From Candidatus Omnitrophota bacterium (lineage in GTDB: Bacteria > Omnitrophota > Gorgyraeia > Zapsychrales > Zapsychraceae), in NCBI GenBank assembly GCA_015233405.1, contig JADFXT010000007.1, positions 64,390 to 128,389 on the forward strand: DNA of 64,000 nt, in the 5' to 3' direction. The position numbers and the translations under genes were made by a program. Positions 25,805 through 35,586 of the stretch are shown here, piece after piece; within the stretch, counting starts at the first letter, position 1; the number at the start of each line of letters is the position of its first letter. The notes under the pieces were generated by a model, which saw only the letters and a list, made by a program, of their open reading frames with translations, was not told where the DNA came from and ran no database searches.

Positions 25805-28753
25805 ATGACCTCCATGGTCGAAGATAGTAAGTCCACCCCTCAAATAGCTTCGCCTACCCACCGATTCAGGTTCCTGTCCTGGATTCCCATTTCTATTTTT
25901 ATGAAAATGCTCGCTGAAGAGAAGCCACGCTATCGCTATGTTTTTGCGATTATTCTTCCTATTATCAGTACTATCGTGCGTTTGGTGTTTTTTTCGGATT
26001 TAGCGATGAAAGTTCCTTATGTCACAGCGTATCCTGCTATTGTGTTTTCTGCGCTTTATGGTGGTTTAAGAGCCGGATTGCTCTCGACGGCTATCTCGGC
26101 GTTTCTTGTAGATTACTTTTGGATTAGCCCTGCGATGAACTTTGAAATGCATGGTTATGCTGATTGGTTGGGAATGAGCATTTTTATTATAAATTCCGTT
26201 TTGATTTCATGGGTCATAGAAAAAATGCATGTGGCTTTGGAGCGCGCTATTTCCGCCGAGTCTGAGGTCAAACTTTTCGCGGAACGTAAGCAGATACATG
26301 ATGAGCTTCAGGCTTCACATGAACGGCTAGCGTTGGCCCAACGTGCCGCGAAGACCGGATTCTGGGATTGGAATATGTGGGCAGGGAAGCTCACATGGTC
26401 GGAAGAATTCTATAATTTATTTGGACTTCCATCGACAGCCTTGCCATCGTTTGAGACGTGGATGAGTATTATCCATCCCGAGGATGTTGAACTGGCCAAA
26501 GAAAGAATAGATCGCTCTATCAAGGAAAGACTCCCTCTAGATAATGAATATCGCATCATTCGTCCAGATAACGGTCAGGAATGTTGGATCGCCGCCCTTG
26601 GCGACACGTTTTATGACGAGGAAGGTAAGCCGTATCGTATGTGCGGAATATGTATTGATATTACCCAGCGCAAGTTTACAGAAAATGCGCTAAGGGAAAA
26701 CCAGGAGCGCCTTAATGCTGCTTTGGACGCTGGAGAATTCGGCACGTGGGGATTGGATATAAAAACAAAAAAGGCTTGGCGTTCACTGCGTCATGATCAA
26801 ATCTTCGGTTACAAAGAACTTTTGCCTGAGTGGACTTATGAAATGTTTTTGGGCCATGTTTTACCCGAGGATAAAGAAAGTGTGGATAAGAAATTTGGGA
26901 AGGCAATATCCAAAGGCACGGATTGGGATTTTGAATGCCGCATTAAGAGAACCGACGGGGTTATCCGATGGATATGGGCCCAAGGTAAGCCCATATTAAA
27001 TAATCTTCATGAGGTTGTTTCGATGTCGGGATTCGTAAAAGACATTACCGAGCGTAAGTATATAGAAGAGGCATTAAGGAAGAGCGAGGCGCGGTTCGCG
27101 GCATTTGCCGCTGCTAGTTTTGAAGGGATTGTTCAGAGTCAAGCCGGGCGGATCGTGGACTGCAATCCTCAATTTGCGCAAATGGCTGGTCGTACGGTGG
27201 AGGAATTAAAGAATATGTCTATCGCTGATTTGATTGCTCCGGAGGATCAGGAACGGGTGATGGCAAATATTCGTTCGAATAGTGAGTCAATGATTGAACA
27301 TGCCATGCTTCGTAAAGATGGTACGCGGATTATTGTTGAGGTTCGCGGCCAGCCGATGTTGTTAGACAATACGTTACGTCAGACAGTTGTACGGGACATC
27401 TCTGATCGTAAACATTCTGAAGATGAGCTTCATAAGCTTAATCGGACATTGCGGGCTCTTAGTGATTCTACTCAAGCAATGACACGTTCTGAAAACGAAC
27501 CGGATTATCTAAAGGATGTCTGCCGTATCGTCGTCAAAACTTGCGGACATGCCATGGTTTGGATAGGTTATAAAGAGGAAAATAAGGCAAAGACCGTAAA
27601 GCCCATGGCCCAGTTTGGATTTGATGAAGGATACCTTGGTTCATTGAATATCTCCTGGGCGGATGTGGAGCGCGGTCGTGGGCCTACGGGGACGGCTATT
27701 CGCACCGGGACAATAACAATGTGCCGTAATATGCTGACAGACCCTCAATTTGAACCGTGGCGCCAAGAAGCGACTAAACGTGGGTATGCATCTTCGATCG
27801 CATTGCCTTTGATAGTAGATAAAAAAGTTTTGGGAGCCCTAACAATATATTCAAGAGAACCAGATTCTTTTTCTGAAGATGAGATAGAATTATTGCAAGA
27901 GCTGGCGATCGACCTTTCTCACGGCATAACCTTGCTAAGGGCCCGCGCTCAGAATATTGAAGTCGAAAAAAGATTAAGAAGAGATAAAGAGGTCCTGGAG
28001 CATCTCGTCGAAGAAAGATCAAGCGAACTGATCAATGCCCATATGGAATTGGAACGGGCCAAGAGGCTTTCTGACATTGGGACCTTGGCCTCGACGGTAG
28101 CGCATGAACTGCGGAATCCCTTGGCGGCAATAGCCATGGCGGCGCATAACGTTAAAAGAAAAGCCAAGATGCCGGAAATTGAAAAACATTTGGATAATAT
28201 TAAAAAGAAAGTCGAAGAGAGCGATCAGATCATTAACAACCTCCTTTTTTATTCACGCCTTAAACCGCCGCATTGTGAGGATGTTTCTATCGTGGAGGTG
28301 CTTGAAGAATGCGTTGAACTCCTGGAGAAAAAGGCTCAGCCGAAAATATGCGTTGTTAGAGATTTGGAATCCGTTAACGGGATTTCGATAAAAGCCGATA
28401 TCGTTCAGCTGAGGGAAGTATTCAATAATATTTTAAATAATGCGCTGGACGCTGTTTCTTCTGAAAAAGGCGAAATTAAAATAATCGCTGAAGCCAAAGA
28501 TGAATTTATTAAAATTATTACAAAAGATAACGGTTCCGGTATAGATAAGAATATTATTGATAAAATATTTGATCCATTCTTTACAACAAAGGCTAGAGGT
28601 ACAGGCCTTGGGCTTGCCGTTTGCCGGCAGATCATCAATATGCATGGTGGAACCATAGACATTCAAAGCGAACCCGACAAAGGAACAAGCGTTGTGATCA
28701 CTTTGTTAAGCAAGCAAGCAAGCAAGAATAAGCAGCCACTTCATGAATCCTGA
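25805..28753 (+). CDS. Sensor histidine kinase (DUF4118-like TM block, multiple PAS, GAF, HisKA, HATPase_c)
   Basis: '[18 protein letters not shown]' is KdpD-type. Repeated 'W.W......W....' PAS units. '[11 protein letters not shown]' is the H-box. 'DNGSGI' and '[10 protein letters not shown]' are the G-boxes. The start is uncertain (25778, 25805 or 25901). Confidence 0.8.
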   Translation: MTSMVEDSKSTPQIASPTHRFRFLSWIPISIFMKMLAEEKPRYRYVFAIILPIISTIVRLVFFSDLAMKVPYVTAYPAIVFSALYGGLRAGLLSTAISAFLVDYFWISPAMNFEMHGYADWLGMSIFIINSVLISWVIEKMHVALERAISAESEVKLFAERKQIHDELQASHERLALAQRAAKTGFWDWNMWAGKLTWSEEFYNLFGLPSTALPSFETWMSIIHPEDVELAKERIDRSIKERLPLDNEYRIIRPDNGQECWIAALGDTFYDEEGKPYRMCGICIDITQRKFTENALRENQERLNAALDAGEFGTWGLDIKTKKAWRSLRHDQIFGYKELLPEWTYEMFLGHVLPEDKESVDKKFGKAISKGTDWDFECRIKRTDGVIRWIWAQGKPILNNLHEVVSMSGFVKDITERKYIEEALRKSEARFAAFAAASFEGIVQSQAGRIVDCNPQFAQMAGRTVEELKNMSIADLIAPEDQERVMANIRSNSESMIEHAMLRKDGTRIIVEVRGQPMLLDNTLRQTVVRDISDRKHSEDELHKLNRTLRALSDSTQAMTRSENEPDYLKDVCRIVVKTCGHAMVWIGYKEENKAKTVKPMAQFGFDEGYLGSLNISWADVERGRGPTGTAIRTGTITMCRNMLTDPQFEPWRQEATKRGYASSIALPLIVDKKVLGALTIYSREPDSFSEDEIELLQELAIDLSHGITLLRARAQNIEVEKRLRRDKEVLEHLVEERSSELINAHMELERAKRLSDIGTLASTVAHELRNPLAAIAMAAHNVKRKAKMPEIEKHLDNIKKKVEESDQIINNLLFYSRLKPPHCEDVSIVEVLEECVELLEKKAQPKICVVRDLESVNGISIKADIVQLREVFNNILNNALDAVSSEKGEIKIIAEAKDEFIKIITKDNGSGIDKNIIDKIFDPFFTTKARGTGLGLAVCRQIINMHGGTIDIQSEPDKGTSVVITLLSKQASKNKQPLHES

Positions 28754-28819
28754 TAGTTGATATTTTTTTGGAACAATAGAGGTGATAAAAAATGACCATT
28801 AAGCCAATGAGAAAGTCTT

Positions 28820-30910
28820 ATGACGTTTGAAAGCAAGAAGATCCATAAAATAACGTTTTTTAAAATAGCCATCAGCATCGGCATATTTGTCTGGATGATC
28901 TATTTTGTTTCTTGGCTTACGGTCATGGGCGGATTCACAAAGCTGGAAAAAAGGTTTGTTGAGAGAAATATTGCAAGGAGCCGAGAAGTCGTCGAGGACA
29001 GGATAAACAATATCGCTCTTAAACTGGTGGATTGGTCGATCTGGGACGACACATACGCTTTCATTGAAGATAGAAATGAGGCGTATATCAAGTCGAATTT
29101 AACGACCAACGCGCTTGATACCGGAAAGATCGATATGATGGCCTTTCTTAATTCACACGGTGAACTTGTTTATTTTATGGGCCGTGATGCCGGGAAAGAA
29201 CAAAGATTTTTTCTGGAAGAATTAGAGTCGTATCTCGCTCCAGGAAGTGCGGTTCTTAAGCATCCGGATGAAAAAAGTTCTGTGTCCGGAATCATTATTT
29301 TTTCCCGTGGGCCTATGATGATAGTCTCAAAGCCTATTGTCACAAGCGAAGGCAAAGGCCCTGTCCGTGGGACAATAATTTTCGCGGCGTATCTGAATGC
29401 CGCTGAGTTAAAACATTTTGGGGAAATCATTAAAGTGGACCTGGATGTTCAGCGGTTTGATGCGATTTCTTTGCCGCCTGATTTTACCGCCGCGCGGGAG
29501 GCATTTGGAAAAGGGCAAGAAACGTTTATTAAAAAATTGGATACGAGTTTTATCGCCGGATATAGTGTCTTAAAAGATATTAACGGAAAGCCGGCCTTGA
29601 TATTAAAAGTAACGATACCGCGGGAGATAACACAGTTTGGCCGACAGACACTTGGTTATTTCTTTATCGCACTTATTTTGGTAGGGTTTATTTTTGGATT
29701 CATGGTTTACGTTCCATTAAGTAGAGAAATCCGTGTCAGAGAGCAAGTGGAGCAAGAGATTGCCAAAATTAATGAGGCTTTTCTTCAGTTAGCTAAGCAT
29801 AGCCGTACGGTTGTTTGGGAAGTCGATGCTAAGGGGCTTTACACATATGTCAGCGACATGTCCGAGGCTGTTTGGGGCTATTCTCCACAGGAATTGATGG
29901 GCCGGATGCATTTTTACGACCTGCACCCTCAAGAAGGCCGCGAAGAATTTAAACAAGCTGCGTTCGCGGTGTTTAAAGAAAAGGGGTCGTTTAAGGATTT
30001 GGTGAATGCCATAGAGACAAAAGATGGCCGGCAAGTATGGGTCTCGACAAACGGCATACCTCTTTTGAATGCTGATGGATCTTTGAAAGGTTACCGCGGC
30101 AATGACACCGACATTACCGCCCGCAAGCAGGCGGAAGATTCCTTGAATAATATGCGTGTTCAAATGGTGCGGGCAGATAAACTCTCGACGCTCGGCGAGA
30201 TGGCCAGTGGTATGGCGCATGAAATGAATCAGCCTTTGGCGGGCATTTCCCTTGTGGCGGATTCTTTCCGGATCTTTATGCGGAAAAAAATCCTGACTGA
30301 TGAAAAAGTGGAAGCGGGGCTTAAGGATATCAGCGACAATATCCAGCGGATGACGAACATCATTAACCATGTCCGTGTTTATGCCCGTCAGGAAACGGTC
30401 GAATTTGGCGAAGTCGATATCCCACAGACCATTGATTCCGCCTTGATCTTGATGGGAGCGCAGTTGAGGGTGCGTGGTATTGAGCTGACCAAAATTATCG
30501 AGTCGAACTTGCCGTGGGTTATGGGTAATGCGCATCAGCTGGAACAGGTTTGGATCAATTTTATTTCGAACGCGCGCGATGCCATGGATGAAAAACAGAA
30601 ACAGATCGACGAGGGGAAGCTGAAGATGCCCGGGTATCAGAAATCTTTGTCTATCGCGGTATTGTTTCAAAAAGATGACGGACGAATACTGATTACTTTT
30701 ACCGATAATGGTATTGGTGTCAGTCCAGATGTGCTCAAGAAAGCTTTTGAACCATTTTTTACGACCAAGGAAGTTGGCAGAGGAACGGGCTTAGGGTTGT
30801 CAATCAGCCATGGGATCATTCAAAGCCACAAAGGAACACTTAACATGGAAGGTTGGGAAGGACAAGGCGTGACTTTGAAAGTTTATTTGCCTGTGCTCAG
30901 GGCTGCTTAG
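28820..30910 (+). CDS. Sensor histidine kinase with CHASE4-like periplasmic domain and PAS
   Basis: 'LVDWSIWDDTYAFIEDRN' is CHASE4-like. 'GMAHEMNQPLAGI' is the H-box. 'DNGIGV' and 'GTGLGLSISHGI' are present. Confidence 0.8.
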   Translation: MTFESKKIHKITFFKIAISIGIFVWMIYFVSWLTVMGGFTKLEKRFVERNIARSREVVEDRINNIALKLVDWSIWDDTYAFIEDRNEAYIKSNLTTNALDTGKIDMMAFLNSHGELVYFMGRDAGKEQRFFLEELESYLAPGSAVLKHPDEKSSVSGIIIFSRGPMMIVSKPIVTSEGKGPVRGTIIFAAYLNAAELKHFGEIIKVDLDVQRFDAISLPPDFTAAREAFGKGQETFIKKLDTSFIAGYSVLKDINGKPALILKVTIPREITQFGRQTLGYFFIALILVGFIFGFMVYVPLSREIRVREQVEQEIAKINEAFLQLAKHSRTVVWEVDAKGLYTYVSDMSEAVWGYSPQELMGRMHFYDLHPQEGREEFKQAAFAVFKEKGSFKDLVNAIETKDGRQVWVSTNGIPLLNADGSLKGYRGNDTDITARKQAEDSLNNMRVQMVRADKLSTLGEMASGMAHEMNQPLAGISLVADSFRIFMRKKILTDEKVEAGLKDISDNIQRMTNIINHVRVYARQETVEFGEVDIPQTIDSALILMGAQLRVRGIELTKIIESNLPWVMGNAHQLEQVWINFISNARDAMDEKQKQIDEGKLKMPGYQKSLSIAVLFQKDDGRILITFTDNGIGVSPDVLKKAFEPFFTTKEVGRGTGLGLSISHGIIQSHKGTLNMEGWEGQGVTLKVYLPVLRAA

Positions 30911-31063
30911 GGCAACACGGGTTTTAAAGAAGTTTGGCCATCTCAGTCGGCGCGGCGTATGATTATTATTAAAACTTTTTCGGATATGCTCAATCCGTCC
31001 GGAGCACACTATAGCGCCAAGAATCAGAAGAAGCCGGGTTTTTTGCTTAAGAAAGGGTCATCA

Positions 31064-31588
31064 ATGAAGTTGTTAACCATGATTATTTTTGGAGCATGTT
31101 TCATTTTTTTGTCCATTCATGTTTATGCGGACGATGGAGTGCTTATGTCGGGGGCTTCATCTCAATCCAACGATGAAGGCGTTGATAGTGCCTCATCCCG
31201 CAGCATTCTCGTTTCTGACGATGCGCCCGTTAACGGAACTAAGAAAACTTCCCCAAATGAGCTTCATCCATTGACACCTGAACCTGAGAAGGTTCAAGAA
31301 GAAAGCGAAACAATTAAGGCCGATAAAAAAGCTCTTCTCGACGCTGAAGCGGTTCATGATGCTATTCGGTTTAAAGAACTCAAACAAAAATTAGAAGAGG
31401 ATGTGACCAAAGAGCAGGTAATGAAGCATGTGATTGAGTTTACGAAGCAAGGAATGGATAAAGATTTGATCATAACGAAAATCAAGAGTATTAAAGACAA
31501 ATATTCTTTAACTTTGCAAGATGTCGAATTCTTAAAACAACAGAAGGTCAGTTTTGAGGTCATAGCCGCAATGCCGGCCACAAAATAA
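31064..31588 (+). CDS. Hypothetical secreted protein
   Basis: An internal ATG gives the signal peptide 'MKLLTMIIFGACFIFLSIHVYA'. No motif was recognised. Confidence 0.4.
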   Translation: MKLLTMIIFGACFIFLSIHVYADDGVLMSGASSQSNDEGVDSASSRSILVSDDAPVNGTKKTSPNELHPLTPEPEKVQEESETIKADKKALLDAEAVHDAIRFKELKQKLEEDVTKEQVMKHVIEFTKQGMDKDLIITKIKSIKDKYSLTLQDVEFLKQQKVSFEVIAAMPATK

Positions 31589-31674
31589 AATTGTTTTCTT
31601 TTTCAAAGTGTCTTCTTTACGTCAGTAAATCCATTAAAAAGTCTTTCCGCCCTTCGTAGAATAATTTAGCAGAG

Positions 31675-31700
31675 GTAGAAAAAAATCAGAAAAAAACGGA
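31675..31700 (+). promoter_or_regulatory. A-rich upstream box, copy 1
   Basis: 'GTAGAAAAAAATCAGAAAAAAACGGA'. A -10-like TATTAT lies 57 nt downstream of the box start. Confidence 0.5.
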
Positions 31701-31766
31701 TTTTATCCCATGATGTTTTTTTATTAAGGATTATTATAAATATAAGGCAAGAGGAGATGGATTCTT

Positions 31767-33872
31767 ATGCGAAATTTTTTTAATATCCAATATGATTATA
31801 TTTATTTTTTTTATGGGTTGGCTTTCTTCTTTCTAGCCATCATCTGTTTTGGGATCAGAAAAGATCGACGGCATGGATTGCCTTGGTTTTTGTTGGGGAT
31901 GTTTGGATTGATCCACGGTATTAATGAGTGGCTGGAGATTTTTCCGGTTATTTTTGGTAGTAGCGATGCTTTTTCCATTGGGCATTTAATAATTTTGGGC
32001 TTGTCGTATTTGTTCCTGTTTGAGTTTGCCAGGTCAGGATTTTCACGCGGCGGGAAGACAATCATAGGGGTGTGGATCTATCCCATAATCTTGGTCTTAG
32101 TTCTTTTAGGAGGTAGATATGGGTTTAGCGAGTTTAATATCGCAAGCAGATATTTTATTGGATTTCCGGCGGGGATTTTTGCCTCTTTGGTCATCTTTCG
32201 TGGGGCTCAATTGGAACCAGCGGGCCGCAAATCACTTTTGACCTTAAGCATTGCGATGGCCTTATATTCTATTCTAGCTGGCTTAATTGTTCCTAAGGCT
32301 GATTTTATTTGGGCTAAATGGCTCAATGCGGATTCTTTTTATCAAGTGGTTGGCATGCCGGTGCAATTGGTCCGGGGAGTTCTGGCGATGATCTGTGCCA
32401 TGGCGTTATGGTTTTTTCCGCCGGCGCTTCCTAACGTAAAATTGTTGCCGAAAAGATATACGATTCCTTTTAAGCCATCAAAATGGATGATCTTGTTGAC
32501 TTTGACCATCTTGGTCGGGATGGGATGGGCGTTTACGAATTATTTTGATTATTACGCCGGGGTTCAACTGATCAAAAATATTCAAATTAATACAAACTCT
32601 CCCATTAATCAATTGATGACGAAATTGACCAGGCTTGAAAGAATTGCCATTGTTATCAGCAAGGCTTCTTCGGTCAAAACAACTCTCACGACTCGCACAG
32701 ATGAAGATTTAGAGAAGGCTGCGGCCATCATTGAGCATTATCAGCGGGAATTGGAGAATTCGGGTTGTTTGTTGTTGGACAATCAAGGGTTGGTGGTCAT
32801 TTCCGTTGGAGATGTTTTTCTGGAGAATAAAAAGAATCAGTCCTTTGCTTCCGCTGTTTATTTTAAACAAGCCATGTCCGGAAAGACCGGATATCATTTT
32901 GCCTTGGGGCCGACATATAATGAGAGGATTTATTCTGTCAGTTTTCCCGTCAAAGACCACGATGGAAAAATCCTGGGGGTTGTGGTCTTAAAAGAAAAAC
33001 TTTCAGCGGCGCGCATCATCAAATACAGGTTCGTAGGGATTATTATCACGATGTTTGTCTGTTTATTGACCATGGTATTCTTTGTTGTCTTAAAGAATAG
33101 AGAAAACCAGATCCTGTTTATGAAAGAAGTGAACGAGCAACTCAACTCCGTAGACAGGATGAAGAACGATTTTTTGGCTGTCGTTTCGCATGAATTAAAG
33201 ACCCCGCTAACGTCGATCAACAATGCTGCAACGATTCTCTTAAGGGGCTGGCCGGATAAACGCGTTACCCAGGAAAGAGAAAAAGAGCTCCTCGAGATTA
33301 TTTTAAATAACACGCACCGGCAGACGCGCATGGTCAAAGACCTTTTGGATGTGTCAAAGATAGAGGCAGGGGCGATGTCTATGGAAATAAAACTGACCGA
33401 TCTCATTGTGCTCATCCGGGAGACGGTTAATACTTTTCAGCCTCTCGCTGAAAAAAAAGATATCAAGTTGCTTTTATCTGTGGAGAAAGAATCGCTGTTG
33501 ATTTCCATTGATCCCGACCACACACACCGCATCTTAGCTAACCTCATCCACAATGCAATTAAATTTACCCCCGATCACGGCGAGGTCATGGTGAAGGTGA
33601 AAGAAATCCGTCGAAACGTTAAGATCAGCGTGTCGGATACGGGAATCGGCATCATCGAAGAAGATATTAAAAATATCTTTAACAAGTTTTACAGGTCTTC
33701 CGATGCCCGCGTTCGGCAGGAAGGCGGTAGCGGTCTGGGGCTGTTGATTACTAAGGGGTTGGTTGAGGCTCAAGGCGGCAAGATCTGGATAGAATCTAAA
33801 TTAAATAAAGGCAGTTCGTTCAACTTCACGCTCCCTCTGGGGCCGGAAGACAAAGGGGATTCTCATGCATAA
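31767..33872 (+). CDS. Sensor histidine kinase (multi-TM N-terminal block, Cache-like domain, HisKA, HATPase_c)
   Basis: 'FLAVVSHELKTPLTSI' is the H-box. 'LIHNAIKFTP', 'DTGIGI' and 'GSGLGLLITKGL' are present. Confidence 0.8.
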   Translation: MRNFFNIQYDYIYFFYGLAFFFLAIICFGIRKDRRHGLPWFLLGMFGLIHGINEWLEIFPVIFGSSDAFSIGHLIILGLSYLFLFEFARSGFSRGGKTIIGVWIYPIILVLVLLGGRYGFSEFNIASRYFIGFPAGIFASLVIFRGAQLEPAGRKSLLTLSIAMALYSILAGLIVPKADFIWAKWLNADSFYQVVGMPVQLVRGVLAMICAMALWFFPPALPNVKLLPKRYTIPFKPSKWMILLTLTILVGMGWAFTNYFDYYAGVQLIKNIQINTNSPINQLMTKLTRLERIAIVISKASSVKTTLTTRTDEDLEKAAAIIEHYQRELENSGCLLLDNQGLVVISVGDVFLENKKNQSFASAVYFKQAMSGKTGYHFALGPTYNERIYSVSFPVKDHDGKILGVVVLKEKLSAARIIKYRFVGIIITMFVCLLTMVFFVVLKNRENQILFMKEVNEQLNSVDRMKNDFLAVVSHELKTPLTSINNAATILLRGWPDKRVTQEREKELLEIILNNTHRQTRMVKDLLDVSKIEAGAMSMEIKLTDLIVLIRETVNTFQPLAEKKDIKLLLSVEKESLLISIDPDHTHRILANLIHNAIKFTPDHGEVMVKVKEIRRNVKISVSDTGIGIIEEDIKNIFNKFYRSSDARVRQEGGSGLGLLITKGLVEAQGGKIWIESKLNKGSSFNFTLPLGPEDKGDSHA

Positions 33873-34248
33873 ATTAATATTGATCATCGAAGATGAAGTG
33901 GATATTGCGAAAACCATCCGATATTCCCTCGAAGGCGAAGGGTATGACGTTGTCATCGCCGGCAGAGGCGAAGAAGGATTAGAAAAGGCGAAGCAGCACA
34001 AACCGGATTTGGTTATCTTGGATTTACGGCTTCCAAGATTGCAGGGAGAAGAGGTTTGTAAAGAGATCCGTAAGGATGAACAAATCGCCAAAACGCCGAT
34101 CATTATGTTGACGTCGAAAGATGCCGAAGCAGATAGGATCATTGGAAAGGTCGTCGGAGCCAATGTTTATATGACGAAACCATTTGATCTGGATAAATTA
34201 AGCGCGAAGATCAAAGAGCTTGTGGGTCCGAGCGAGGGTCTTTCTTAG
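33865..34248 (+). CDS. Single-domain response regulator (CheY-like receiver)
   Basis: 'LIIEDEVDI', 'DLVILDLRLP', 'IIMLTSK' and 'YMTKPF'. 8-nt overlap with the upstream kinase. Confidence 0.85.
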   Translation: MHKLILIIEDEVDIAKTIRYSLEGEGYDVVIAGRGEEGLEKAKQHKPDLVILDLRLPRLQGEEVCKEIRKDEQIAKTPIIMLTSKDAEADRIIGKVVGANVYMTKPFDLDKLSAKIKELVGPSEGLS

Positions 34249-35444
34249 ATCAAGCTTTTGTAAAGATCTAAAGTTTTCTGGGCGATCTTTTTCCAGGTAA
34301 ATTGGGTCAGGACGTGTTTACGGCCGGCTTTCCCGAGACGGGTTCTCAAGGGTTCGTCGGTCATGATTTGGTTAATTCTATTCGCGAGGGTTTTGGAAAA
34401 AGTTTCTGGGCTTTTAGGTTCAAAAAGAGACGTATTTTTAAGCGGGACAGGGACCAGAAATCCCGTAAGGCCATCCTGCACGACTTCTTTGATCCCGCCG
34501 ACAGCTGAGGCCACGACCGGTGTTTCACAGGCCATTGCCTCAAGATTGATGATCCCAAACGGTTCATAGACCGACGGACAGCAAAAGACCGAAGCTTGAG
34601 AATACAAAGCTACTTTTTCTTCTTCGTCGAGCATGTCCTTGATCCATAAAAGATGCGGATGAGTTTTTTGAGCTTCTTTCATCTGAAGTTCCATTTCCTT
34701 GGCGATCTCTTTGGTGTCCGGGGCACAGGCGCAGAGCACGATTTGAAAATTTTTATTCATAAAAGGAATGGCGTTGACCAAATGCAAGATGCCTTTTTGA
34801 CGGGTGATCCTGCCGATAAATAAGACAAAGGGTTTTTGTGGGTCTATGCCGAATTTTTGAAGTACGCGCGGGTCTTTTGTGGGTTTATAAACATCTGGGT
34901 CGACGCCGTTAGGGATGACGTGGATTTTTGATTCCGGAATCTTAAAGAATTTAAGGATATCTTTCTTGGTGTCACTAGAGACGGCGATCACGGCATCAGC
35001 CATTTCAATGGCGGTTTTCTCGACCCAGCAGCTAAAGTCATATCCTTTCCCCAGCTGTTCCCGTTTCCAGGGGCGCAACGGTTCGAGCGAGTGGACGGTC
35101 AAGACCAGAGGAATTCCGTAATTGATCTTGGCTAAAATTCCACCCCAGTGGGTATACCAGGTATGGACGTGGACGATATCCGCGTCGATTTGATCGGTAT
35201 TAAAATGAATACAGCGTTCGAGCGCATCAAAGACCCTGTGCTGGCATTCGGGAAGAGAATAATGGCGTGTCGGATTTTGATATCCTTGGATTGTAAGGCT
35301 GTCTTTTTTGATAGATTGGTCGCCAAAACAGCGCACCTCGACCTGGCAGAGGCGGGAAAGTTCCCGGCTCATGTTCTCGACGTGGACACCTGCGCCGCCG
35401 TAGATATAAGGAGGATATTCGTTGGTCAGTAATAGAAGTTTCAT
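34245..35444 (-). CDS. GT4 glycosyltransferase of the actinobacterial GlgA/GlgM (alpha-maltose-1-phosphate synthase) type
   Basis: 'MKLLLLTNEYPPYIYGGAGVHVENMSREL' N-terminus and a C-terminal 'EPFGIINLEAMA' E-x7-E region. Divergent from glgE. Confidence 0.65.
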   Translation of the reverse strand: MKLLLLTNEYPPYIYGGAGVHVENMSRELSRLCQVEVRCFGDQSIKKDSLTIQGYQNPTRHYSLPECQHRVFDALERCIHFNTDQIDADIVHVHTWYTHWGGILAKINYGIPLVLTVHSLEPLRPWKREQLGKGYDFSCWVEKTAIEMADAVIAVSSDTKKDILKFFKIPESKIHVIPNGVDPDVYKPTKDPRVLQKFGIDPQKPFVLFIGRITRQKGILHLVNAIPFMNKNFQIVLCACAPDTKEIAKEMELQMKEAQKTHPHLLWIKDMLDEEEKVALYSQASVFCCPSVYEPFGIINLEAMACETPVVASAVGGIKEVVQDGLTGFLVPVPLKNTSLFEPKSPETFSKTLANRINQIMTDEPLRTRLGKAGRKHVLTQFTWKKIAQKTLDLYKSLI

Positions 35445-35586
35445 GGATTTTCCAAATTTGCAAAGCCATTATAAAGGAAAAAAAACAAAAAAGAAAGACG
35501 GAAAAATTTTTTTAATGGATTTGTCATCCCCAAACGGGTATGTTATCATGGAATCCAATTGAAAGTTTAATAAGAAGGGAAAAGAT

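Noticed and set aside
29789-30670. A 293-aa ORF on the minus strand.
   Set aside because: It is fully antisense to a well-supported histidine kinase gene. It has an Arg/His/Phe-rich shadow-frame composition and no motifs. The same reasoning applies to 17221-17766(-), 6163-6543(-), 32930-33415(-), 33801-34163(-), 55392-55814(-) and the plus-strand ORFs inside the AsmA-like gene (8678-9143, 9564-9896).
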